Source of the DNA: the human T2T-CHM13v2.0 reference genome, Homo sapiens
NCBI RefSeq assembly: GCF_009914755.1
Contig: NC_060947.1
Reading direction: 5' to 3' (one strand)
DNA: 64,000 nt
In this document: one piece after another, positions 53,207-64,000 of the stretch
Position numbering within the stretch: position 1 is the stretch's first letter
Layout: the number at the start of each line of letters is the position of its first letter
Notes under the pieces: generated by a model
Database searches by the model: none
What the model was told of the DNA's origin: nothing
Seen by the model: only the letters and a program-made list of their open reading frames with translations
Translations under genes and position numbers: made by a program

Positions 53207-55781
53207 CGTATTAGGATGTTCTCACATTGATATAAAGAAGTATCTAAGATTGGGTGATTTATACAAAAAAATGTTTAATTGGATCACAGTCCTGCAGGCT
53301 TTATAGGGAGCATAGTGGCATCTGCTTCTTGAAAAGCCTCAGGAAGCTTCCAACCATGGCAGAAGGCAGAGAGGGAGCAGACACATCACATGGCAGGAGC
53401 AGGAGCAAGAGCAAGAGAGCAAGGTGCCACACACTTTTTTAAAATTATACTTTAAGTTCTAGGGTACATGTGCACAACGTGCAGATTTGTTACATATGTA
53501 TACATGCACCATGTTGGTGTCCTGCACCCATTAACTCATCACTTACATTAGGTATATCTCCTAACGCTAACCACACACTTTTAAATGCCAGATCTTGCAA
53601 GAAGTCACTTACTGTTGTGAATACAATGCCAAGGGGATGGTACAAAACCTTTCATGAGAAACCCATGATCCAATCACCTCCCAGCAGGCCACACCTCCAA
53701 TATTGGGGATTACAATTCAACATAAGATTTGGTCAGGGACACATCCAAACTATATCTTTCTGACCCTGGCACACACTCTGCCAAATCTCCTGTTCTTCTC
53801 ACATGGCAAAGTACATTCATCCCTTCTCAATAATCCCCCAAAGCCTTAACTCATTTAACCATTAATTCAAAAGTTTTATGTCCCAAGTCTTATCTGGAGA
53901 TGTGTTCCTCTCACCTATGAGCCTATAAAATCAAAACAAGTTATTTCCTTCCAAGATACAATGAGGGTACCACCACTGGGTAAACATTTCCATTCCAAAA
54001 GGGAGAAATAGGCCAAAAGAAAGTGGCTACAAGCCCTATGCAAGTTCAAAATGTAGCAGGACAGTCATTGAACCTTATAACTCCAAAACAATCTCCTTTA
54101 ACTCTATGTCCCTCATCCAGGGCACACTTGTGTAATGGGTGGGCTCCCAAGGCCTTGGGCAGCTCCAACCCTGTGGTTTTGCAGGGTTCAGCTCCCATGG
54201 CTGCTCTCACAGGCTGGCATTGAGTGCCTGTGGCTTTTCCAGACACAGAATGCAAGCTGTCAGTGGATGATGGTGGTGCTCTTCTCAGGGCTCCACTAGG
54301 CAGTGCTTCCATGGAGACTCTGTGTAGGGGCTCCAACCCCACATTTCCCCTCTGCACTGACCTAGTAGAGGTTCTCTGTGAGGGCTCCACCCTTGCAGCA
54401 GGCTTCTTCCTGGACACCCAAGCTTTTCTATACATCCTCTGAAATCTAGGCAGAGGATCCCAAGCCTTAACTCTTGCACTCTGTGCTCCTGCAGGATTAA
54501 CACCACATTGAAGCTGCCAAAGCTTATGGCTTACACTATCTGAAGCAGTGGCCCAAGCTGTGCCCAAGCCAGTTTGAGCCATAGCTGGAACTGGATTGGC
54601 CAGGATGCAGAAAGCAGTGTCCATAGGCTGCACAGGAGAGCAGAACCCTGGACCTGGCCCACAAAACCATTCTGTCCTCCTAGACATCAGGGCCTGTGAT
54701 GGCAAGAGCTGCATTTTAGATTTCTGAAATGTCTTCAAGGCCTTTTTCTCATTGTCTTGGCTATCAGAACTTGCCTTGTTTTTAGTTAGACAAATTTCTC
54801 TCATAAGCAGTTGCTCAGCAGCATAATTGATTTCTTCTCCAAGTGGGCTTTGCTTTTCTACCACATGGCCAGTTGGAAATTCTCCAAATGTTTACACTCT
54901 GCTTCCCTCTTAAATATAAGTTCCAACTTATTTCTTTACTCCCACATCTGAGCCTAGGCTGCTAGAAGCAGCCACATCATTTCTTGAATGCTTTGCTGCT
55001 TAGAAATGTCTTCTGCCAGATACCTTAGGTTATCACTCTCAAATTCAAACTTCTACATATCTCTAGGGCATGGACACAATCTAGCCAAGCTCTTTGCTAA
55101 GGCATAACATGTGTGACCTTTTCTCCAGCTTGCAATAAGTTTCTCATTTCCATCTGAGACCTCCTCAGCCTGGACTTCATTGTCAGCATTTTGGTCACAA
55201 CGATTTAACCAGCCTCTAAGAAGTTCCAAACTTCCTTTCAGCTTTCTGACTTCTTCTGAGTCCTCCACACTCTTCCAGCCTCTGCCTGCTACCCCATTCC
55301 AAAGCTGCTTTCACATTTTCAGGTATCTTTATAGCAATGCCCTACTCCTCAGTATCAATTTTCTGAATTAGTACATTTTGTCACATTGCTATACAAATAC
55401 TTGAGACTGGGTAGTTTATAAAGAATAGAGCTTTGGTTTGCTTATGATTCCACAGGCTGTACAAGAAGCATAGCAGCACCTGTTTCTGAGGAGGCTTCAG
55501 GAATCTTCCAATCATGGCCAAAGACAAAGAGGGAGCAGGCACGTTACATGACACAAGCAGTAGCAAGAGAAAGACAGTGAGGGTTCCATGCCTTTTTAAA
55601 CAGAAAGATCTTATGAGAAGTTATTCGCTATTGTGAGGACAATGCCAAGGAAATGTTACTAAGCCTTTCAGGAGAAATCTTCCCCCATAATCCCATCACC
55701 TCCCACCAGGGCCCACTTTCAACATTGGAGATTACAATTCAACATGAGATTTGGGCAGGGACACATATCAAAACTATATGA
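53207..55781 (-). mobile_element. Complete MSTA (ERVL-MaLR) provirus: 5' LTR 55364-55781, internal region ~53758-55363, 3' LTR 53207-53757
   Basis: Two MST LTRs in the same orientation. 5-bp TSD GATGA at 53202-53206 and 55782-55786. MaLR internal ORF remnant 54046..54864 (PRFQRMY..AW..EPSQRTSTR). Confidence 0.9.
53439..53570 (-). mobile_element. Very short L1PA4/5 3' end inserted in the MSTA 3' LTR
   Basis: TTATACTTTAAGTTCTAGGGTACATGTGCACAACGTGCAG... with perfect 12-bp TSD CCACACACTTTT (53427-53438 / 53571-53582) and a TTTT/AA site. Confidence 0.93.
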
Positions 55782-56029
55782 GATGACATGAAAGAAAACT
55801 TCTTGTCAAAAAATATTTTCCTTAACTGTGCTCAAAATTCCACTCTTAATAAATATCACTCTTCTAGCTTTCTCTTTTTAAGTACAAATGCTAGTAAGAA
55901 AATGTAGTAAGTCCTCAACATTTCACTGGGAATGACCCACTCATAATTCAGAGATAAACACTAACATGGCTTGAGACTGATGAGTGTATAAAGAAGAGAG
56001 TGGCCTTCACTTTACTAAGACAGCTTTAG

Positions 56030-56245
56030 CCATATTAAAGTACATAGATCCTGCAACTATACTACCTGGATTTGAATTTTTCACTTACTAACCGAATCAC
56101 CCTAAGTTACTTCCTTTTCTGTGCCTTTGGACTAACAATAACAATCTGGAAGTTATTGTGAAGATTAACTGAGTTACCATACAGGAAAAACTTAGAAGAG
56201 TATCTCACTCATAGGAAGGGCTTAATAAATATTAACTATTTTACT
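56030..56245 (+). mobile_element. MIR fragment
   Basis: CCTGGATTTGAAT..TTCTGTGCCT..GTTATTGTGAAGATTAACTGAG..CTTAGAA..AATAAATATTAACTATT. Confidence 0.7.
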
Positions 56246-56591
56246 AGGCTTAGTGCTGGACATACATTACCAATCATAAAAAGATGTAGCTGGCATGAAA
56301 ATTTTAGGTTGCTGGGAAGAGAGGGGCACAACTGGATGGAATTAAGCCAACACTACTAGCCTCGCTATGAGAAATTAACTCTGAAAGAAAGAAGGGGAAG
56401 GGAGGCCACGAAGACATTTTAGTGGGCCAGGAGTCCAAGCCCAGACACTTCCTAGCTACCCTACAAGACCACCTAGAGCAAGCTGCTTCCCTTTCTGAGG
56501 CCTCAGATTCCCCATTTTTAAAAAATAAAGGACTTTAAGAAACTCATCTCTAAGGTCCTATTCTGAAAGTATCTGTACTCCAGGAGTCTAA

Positions 56592-58622
56592 TGAGAAAGA
56601 AATAAAGCATATTTATTTATTTATTTATTTTTTATTTTATTATTATTATACTTTAAGTTTTAGGGTACATGTGCACAATGTGCAGGTTAGTTGCATATGT
56701 ATACATGTGCCATGTTGGTGTGCTGCACCCATTAACTCATCATTTAGCATTAGGTATATCTCCTAATGCTATCCCTCCCCCCTCCCCCCACCCCACAACA
56801 GTCCCCAGAGTGTGGTGTTCCCCTTCCTGTGTCCATGTGTTCTCATTGTTCAATTCCCACCTATGAGTGAGAACATGCGGTGTTTGGTTTTTTGTCCTTG
56901 CGATAGTTTACTGAGAATGATGATTTCCAATTTCATCCATGTCCCTACAGAGGACATGAACTCATCATTTTTTATGGCTGCATAGTATTCCATGGTGTAT
57001 ATGTGCCACATTTTCTTAATCCAGTCTATCATTGTTGGACATTTGGATTGGTTCCAAGTCTTTGCTATTGTGAATAGTGACACAATAAACATACGTGTGC
57101 ATGTGTCTTTATAGCAACATGATTTATAGTCCTTTGGGTATATACCCAGTAATGGGATGGCTGGGTCAAATGGTATTTCTAGTTCTAGATCCCTGAGGAA
57201 TCACCACACTGACTTCCACAATGGTTGAACTAGTTTACAGTCCCACCAAAATGCTCACCATCACTGGCCGTCAGAGAAATGCAAATCAAAACCACAATGA
57301 GATACCATCTCACACCAGTTAGAATGGCAATCATTAAAAAGTCAGGAAACAACAGGTGCTGGAGAGGATGTGGAGAAATAGCATATTTAAAAAGAAAGAA
57401 AGGAAGTCAAATTGTCTTTGTTTGCAGATGACATGATCCTATATGTACAAAACCCCGTCTCAGTCCAAAATCTTGTTAAGCTGATAAGCAACTATAGCAA
57501 AATCTCAGGATACAAAGTCATTGTACAAAAATCACAAGCATTTCTACACACCAACAACAGGCAAGTGGAGAGCCAAATCATAAATGAAATCCCATTCACA
57601 AACACAGATCACACCAGAGCTTCAGTGAGCAGCCCAGAGTGCCGAGTCACCATCTACAGCCAGCACTCAAGGGGGAGAAGACCCCACACTTTCAGAGCAT
57701 TGGGAAGAAACATGGCTGCAACTGTGAGAAAACATAGGGGAGCCACACAACTGAGCAAGAATCTACCAATTGACCAATAAGCCTGAGTGCCACCTGCTGG
57801 ATCATACCCCAAAGCTTCAACACCAAAAATGCCTCCCTAACATACCCTTTAAAAAAAGGTCAACATCACTGATCAATAGAGAAATGCTCATCAATACCAC
57901 AATGAGATACCATCTCACACCAGTCAGAATGGCTATTACTAGTAAGTCAAAAAAGTGACAGAGGCTGACAAAGTTGTGGAGAAAAAGAAATGCTTATGCA
58001 CTGTTGGTGGAAGTGTAAATTAGTTCAACCATTGTGGAAGACAGTGTGGCAATTCCTCAAAAATCTAGAACCAGAAATACCGTTTGACCCAGCAATCCTC
58101 TTACTGGATATATAAGCAAAAGAATATAAATTATTCTATTATGAAGATACATGCACACAGATGTTCATTGCAACACTATTCACAATAGCAAAGACATGGA
58201 ATCAACCCAAAAGTCCATCAACAACAGACTGGATAAAGAAAATGTGGTACATATACACCATGGAATACTATGCAGCTATAAAAATGAATGAGATCATGTC
58301 CTTTGCAGGGACATAGGTGGAGCTGGAAGCCATTATTCTCAGCAAACTAATGCAGGAACAGAAAACCAAACACTGCATGTTCTCACTCATAAGTGGAAGT
58401 TGAACAATGAGAACACATGGACACAGGGAGTGGAACAACACACACTGAGACCTGTCAGGGGGTGAGGGGAGGGAGAACATCAGGACAAATGGCTAATGCT
58501 TGTGGGGCTTAATACCTAAGTGATGGGTTGATAGGTACAGCAAACCACCATGGCACAAGCTTACCTAAGTAAAAAACCTGCATGTTCTGCACATGTATCC
58601 TAGAACTTAAAATTAAAACAAA
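56592..58622 (+). mobile_element. Chimeric L1 (L1PA8-11-like): ORF2 RT piece (56592-56614 plus 57389-57600), 5'UTR piece (57601-57850), 3' end (57851-58622)
   Basis: ORF 57412..57780 starts [10 protein letters not shown] then switches to non-ORF2 sequence. 57601-57850 is similar to the reverse complement of 59485-59735. 3'UTR ends GAACTTAAAATTAAAACAAAG. Confidence 0.8.
56615..57381 (-). mobile_element. 5'-inverted (twin-primed) L1PA3-like insertion
   Basis: Minus-strand 3' end at 56615-57249 (GCTAAATGATGAGTTAATGGG, ACTAACCTGCACATTG). Plus-strand adjacent upstream piece at ~57250-57381. TSD AGCATATTT at 56606-56614 / 57380-57388. Confidence 0.9.
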
Positions 58623-58624
58623 GA

Positions 58625-58910
58625 ATTTTTTTAGATACATCAGAGAAGTGAGGTCAAAGGAATATCACTGCCCCCAAAATTGGAAAGACAGATGAGTAGA
58701 TACAAAATCATAATATTCTGGACCAGAAACCTACAAGCAGAAACCTGTGCAGAAACCAGTGCCTGGGAAGGAAAACTTGAACTATAAGTGACAAATTGCT
58801 AGAAGCTCCCTGTGAACAAACCTGAGAGTGAAAAATTCCAAGGGAACACAGATAGATAATTTAAGCAGAAAAAATGGAAATTCTAAGGGATCATTAAAAA
58901 TAAATGCTAA
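58625..58910 (+). mobile_element. Ancient L1M (L1MC/L1M4-like) fragment, target of the next insertion
   Basis: CATCAGAGAAGTGAGGTC..ACTGCCCCCAAAATTGGA and ATGGAAATTCTAAG..AAATGCTA motifs. Confidence 0.55.
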
Positions 58911-61900
58911 AGGTTTTGTGTATTCCTTTTTATTCTTTTTTAAAATTTTTGTCTGACTGTCTTATTTCAGAGAACCAGTCTTCCAGTTCTGAGATTCTTT
59001 CCTCAGCTTGGTTTTTTCTGCTGTTAATACTTGTAATTACATTGTGAAATTCTTGTATTGTGTTATGTACCTACGTCAGATCGGTTAGGTTCTTTTTTAT
59101 ATCAGCTAGTTCATCCTTCAGCTCCTGTATGGCTTAATTGTGATTCTCATTTTCCTTGGATTGGGTTTTGCCATCCTCCTGAATCTTGATAATCTTTGCT
59201 CCTATCCATATTCTGAATTCATTTCTGTCATTTCAACCAGTTTAGCCTGGTTAAGAACTCTTATTGGAGAGCTTGTGTGGTCATTTGGAGGACATGTAGC
59301 ACTGTGCCCAGTTGATTTACTGGAGTTCTTGCATTGGTTCTTTGTCATCTCTGTGTGTGGGTATTTCTTTAACTGCAGTGTAGATTGAGCACAGTCAATA
59401 GACGTCTTTTCTGGGTGTTTTCACTGGGCTGAGCCTTTGTGAAGGGTCTTTATCTGGAGCTGACTTTTTGTCTCTGGTTTCAGAGATGGGTGTGGTAGTG
59501 AGATATTTTTAGTGTTGAAGTTTGGGGTGTGATCCAGCAGGTGACATTCGGGCTTACTGGTCAGTTGGTAGACTCTTGCTCAGTTGTGTGTTTCCCCTAT
59601 GTTTCCTCACAGTTGCAGCCATGTTTCTTCTCAATGCTCTGAAAGTCTGAATTCTTCTCCCCCTTGAGTGCTGGCTATAGATCACAATTTGGTACTCTGG
59701 GCTGACCATTGTGGCTCTTGTGTGACTTCAGTGTTTTGTTCCTTACCCAACTTGGAGAGAGCAAAGAAAGGGATAATAGTAGTGGTTATGGCCAAGGGTC
59801 ATTTACTTCTTTCCTGGGGGCTCCACCACAGAGAGATGCAGGTCAGTGTTTGCTCAGTGCAATCAGCCCAAGATGGAGAGTCTGTGCTGTGGGTCCAAGC
59901 CAGGGGTTCTGTGACTGCTAATGAGAAGTGGAGGGTGTGAAGAACCCATATAAGATGGACTGGCTTCCTCTCCTGGGGTTGACTGCAGCTTATTGGATGT
60001 GTGGAAAGGGCACAAAGAGTCTTCATTTCTCCATTAGTCTGAGGGTGGTAAGGGCAGTTCCACTGCAGAGGCAGTGGCAGTGAGAATTTCAATTGCCTTG
60101 GAGCCTCTGTCTATGGAGTCACCAAATTGCTACCTCCAAGAAGTATGGGATTATGTAAAGAGACAAAATTTACAAATCATTGGCATCCCTAAAAGGGAGG
60201 GGGAGAAAGCAAGTAACTTGGAAATCATATTTCTGGATATCATCCATGAAAACTCCAACTTTACTAGAGAGGCCAAAAGTCAAATTTAGGAAATACAGAG
60301 AATTCCTGCAAGATTCTACAAAAAAAAAAGATAATTCCCAATCTGAGACATAATTGTTAGGTTTTGCAAGGTTAAAATGAAAGAAAGAATGTTAAAGTCA
60401 ACTAGAGATAAATGGCAGGTCACCTACAAAAAGAACACCATCAGGCTAACAACAGACCTCTTAGCTGAAACCCTACAAGCCAGAAGAGATTAGGGGACCT
60501 ATATTCAACATTCTTTATTAAAAATTCTTCAACCAAGAATTTCATATCCAGTCAAACTAAGCTTCCTAGGTGATGGAGAAATAAGATCCTTTTCAGATAA
60601 GCAAATGTTAAGGAAATTCATTACCACCAGACCTACCTTACAAAAGATTTTTAAAGAAATAATATAGAAAGAAAAGACCACTACCAGCTATTAATAATAC
60701 AGAAACACACCTAAACACACAGACCAGTGTCACTGTAAAGCAACCACACAAAAAAGCCAACATAATAACTAGCTGACAACGTAATGACAGGATCAAACCC
60801 ACACATATCAATATTAACCTCGAATGTAAATGGGCTAAATGACCAACTTAAAAGGTAGAGCGTGGCAAGCTGGATAAAAAAGCAAGACCCTGTTGTATGC
60901 TGTCTTCAAGCGACCTATCTCACATGTAGTGACACAGATAGGCTCAAAATAAAGGGATGGAGGAAAATCTACCAAGCAAATGGAAAACAGAAAAAAGTAG
61001 AGGTTGCAATCCTAATTTCAGACAAAACAGATTTCAACCAGCAAAAGTCAAAAATGAGAAAAAAAGGTCATTACATAATGGTAAAAAGTTCAATTCAACA
61101 AGAAGAGCTAATTAGCTTAAATATATATACAGCCAACACAGGAGCATGCAGATTCATAAAGCAAGTTCTTAGAGACCTAAAAAGAGATGTAGGCTCCCAC
61201 AGAGTAGTAGTGGGAGATTTCAGCACTCCACTGACAGTATTAGACAGATCATTGAGGCAGAAAATTAACAAAGATATTCAGAACCTAAACTCAATATTGA
61301 AACAAATGACTCTGATAGACCTTTACAGAACTCTCCCCTCCAAAACAACAGGATAGCCTTCTAATTGCTACATAACACGTACTCTAAAATTAACCACATA
61401 ATTGGACATAAAATAATCCTCAACAAAGTAAAAGAATCAAAATCATACCAAACACATTCTTGGGCCAAAGTGCAATAAAAATAGAAGTCAAAACTGTGAA
61501 AATTGCTCAAAACCATGCAATTGCATGGAACTTAAACAACATGCTCCCGAATGACTTTCCAGTAAATAATGAAATTAAGGCAGAAATCAAGAAGTTCTTT
61601 GAAAATAAGGAGAACAATGTTACAGCATGCCAGAATCTCTGGGACACAGCTAAGGCCATGTTAAGATGGAAATTCATAACACTAAATGCCCACATCAAAA
61701 AGACAGATCTCAAGTGAACAACCTCACTTCACAACTGAATGAATTAGAGAAGGAAGAACAAACCAACCCCAAAACTACCAGAGGATGAGAAATAACAAAA
61801 ATCAGATCTGAAGTGAAGGAAATTGAGAGCCAAAAAAACATTCAAAAGATCAATGAATCCAGGAGTTGTTTTTCTGAAAAAAATAATAAAGTATATAGAC

Positions 61901-64000
61901 CACTAGCTTGACTAATAAAGAAAAAAATATAGAAGATCCAAATGAACACAATTAGAAAGAATGAAGGGAATGTTACTACTAACCCCACAAAAATAAAAAC
62001 AACCATCAGAAACTAATATGAATACCTCTAGACACACAAACTAGAAAACCTAGAAGAAATTGATACATTCCTGGACACATATACCTTGCCAAGAATGAGC
62101 CAGGAAGAAATTAGTTCCTTTAACAGAACAATAAAGAGCTCTGAAATTAAGTCAGTAATAAATAGCCTACTAACCAAAAGAAAAGCCCTGGACCAGATGG
62201 ATTCACAGCCAACTTCTACCAGATGTATGAAGAAGAGCTGGTAACATTCCTACAGAATTCATTCCCAAAAATTGAGGAGGAGGACCTCCTTCCCAACTCA
62301 TTCTATGAATCCAGCAGCATCTATTCAAAACCTGTCAGAGACACAACAAAAACAGAAAACTTCAAGTTAATATTTTTGATGAACATTGATGCAATGATCC
62401 TCAACAAACTACTTGCAAACTGAATCCAGCAGCATATCAAAAAGCTAATCCACTATGACCAGGTAGGCTTCATCCCTGGGGTTCAAGATTTGTTCAATGT
62501 ATGCAAATCAATATATGTGATTCATCACATAAACAGAATTAAATACAAGACCACAGAATTATCTCAATAGACACAGAAAAGGTTTTGAATAAAATTAAAC
62601 ACAACTTTATGTTAAAAACTCTGAATAAATTAGGTATTAAAGGAACATACCTCAAAATAATAAGAGCCATCTATGACAAGTCCAGAGCCAACATTATACT
62701 AAATGGGAAAAAGCTCAAACATTCACCTTAAAAACCAGCAGAAGAGAAAAATGCCCTCTCTTACCACTTCTACTCAACATAGTATTGGAAATCCTAGCCA
62801 GAGCAATCGGGCAAGAGAAAAAAACAAAAGCATCCAAATAGGAAGAGATGAAGCCAAACTATCTCTGATTGCAGGTGACATGATTCTATATCTGGAAAAC
62901 CCCATGGTTTTGGCCCAAAAGCTCCTCCAGCTAATAAACAACTGTTGTAAAGTTTCAGGATAGAAAATCAATGTACAGAACTCACTAGCATTCCTATACA
63001 TCAGCAACAGCCAAATCTACAGCTAAATCAGAAAGGCAATCCCATTCACAATTGACACAAAAAGAATAGAATACCTAAGAATACAGCTAACCAGGGAGGT
63101 GAATAATTCCTACAATGACAATTATAAAATACTGCTCAAAGAAATCAGAGAAGATACAAACAAATGGAAAAACCACCCATGCTCATGGATAGGAGAATCA
63201 ATATCATTAAAATGGCTATACTGGCCAAAGAAATTTACAGATTTAATGTCATTTTTATCAAATTATTGACAACATTCTTCACAAAACTAGAAAAATGGTT
63301 TTAAAATTCCTATGGAACCAAAAAGGGACCCAAATACCCAAGGCAATCCTAAGGAAACAGAACAAAGCTGGAGGCATTACCTTACCCAACTTCAAACTAT
63401 ACTACAAGGCTACAGTAACCAAAACAGCATGGTACTGGTACAAAAACAGACACATAGACCATTGGGACACAACAGAGAGCCCAGAAATAAGGCCACACAT
63501 CTGCAACCCTCCAATCTTTGACAGAAACAAGTAATGAGGAAAAGACTTCTTATTCAATAAATGGCATTGGGGTAACTGGCTAGCCATATGCAGAAGATTG
63601 AATCTGGATCCCTTTCTTATACCATATACAAAAATCAACTGAAGATAGATTAAAGACTGAAATGTCTTAAAATTAAAGCCCAAAACTATGAAGAAAACCA
63701 TGAAGACAACCTAGGCAATACCATTCTGTACATAGGGATGGGCAAAGATTTTATGACAAAGACACCAAAAGCAATAGCAACAAAAGCAAAATTGACAATT
63801 GGGATCTAATTAAACTTAAGACCCTCCACAGTGCAGAAGAAACTATCAACAGAGTAAACAGACAACCTACAGAATGTGAGAAAATTTTTGCAAACTATGC
63901 ATCCAACAAAGGTCTAATATCCAGCATCTATAAGGAACTTAAATAAATCTAGAAGAAAAAAAAAACAACCCCATAAAAAGTGTGCAAAGGATATGAACAA
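58911..64000 (+). mobile_element. Long L1PA11-13-like element with inverted 5' segment (58911-60133 minus; 60132-64000 plus), continuing beyond the window
   Basis: The minus segment is 5'UTR plus ORF1 N-terminus ending ..ACACAAAACCT. The plus segment starts ACCTCCAAGAAGTATGGG (LQEVWDYVK). ORF2 remnants at 60862..63534. Confidence 0.88.

Overview
Primate (almost certainly human) intergenic or intronic DNA made mostly of nested LINE-1 copies. By my manual estimate about four-fifths of the 64 kb is L1. I found no host protein-coding gene and no prokaryote-type system (no CRISPR, operon, rRNA or tRNA). The main feature is a full-length L1HS-Ta (Ta-0 diagnostics) at 18363-24429 with intact ORF1 (338 aa), ORF2 (1275 aa), antisense ORF0, a 12-bp TSD and a short 3' tag between two poly(A) tracts that looks like a transduction. 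Around it are older L1PB, L1PA3-16 and L1M copies, three Alus, a full-length U6 retrocopy, a complete MSTA provirus, an ERVL fragment, MER20, L2 and MIR. The most unusual signal is an L1PA8/10-age element whose 5'UTR lacks exactly a GT..AG segment. That segment runs from the known +97 donor to an acceptor absent from the L1HS here, making it a candidate old spliced retrocopy (SpIRE). Other notable signals are a 25-bp post-insertion templated copy inside an L1PA7, two L1 3' ends fused head-to-head, an ORF2-less L1 with a displaced inverted ORF1 piece, and two twin-primed inversions. Subfamily names come from remembered consensus motifs, not from a RepeatMasker run, and boundaries of old repeats are approximate.
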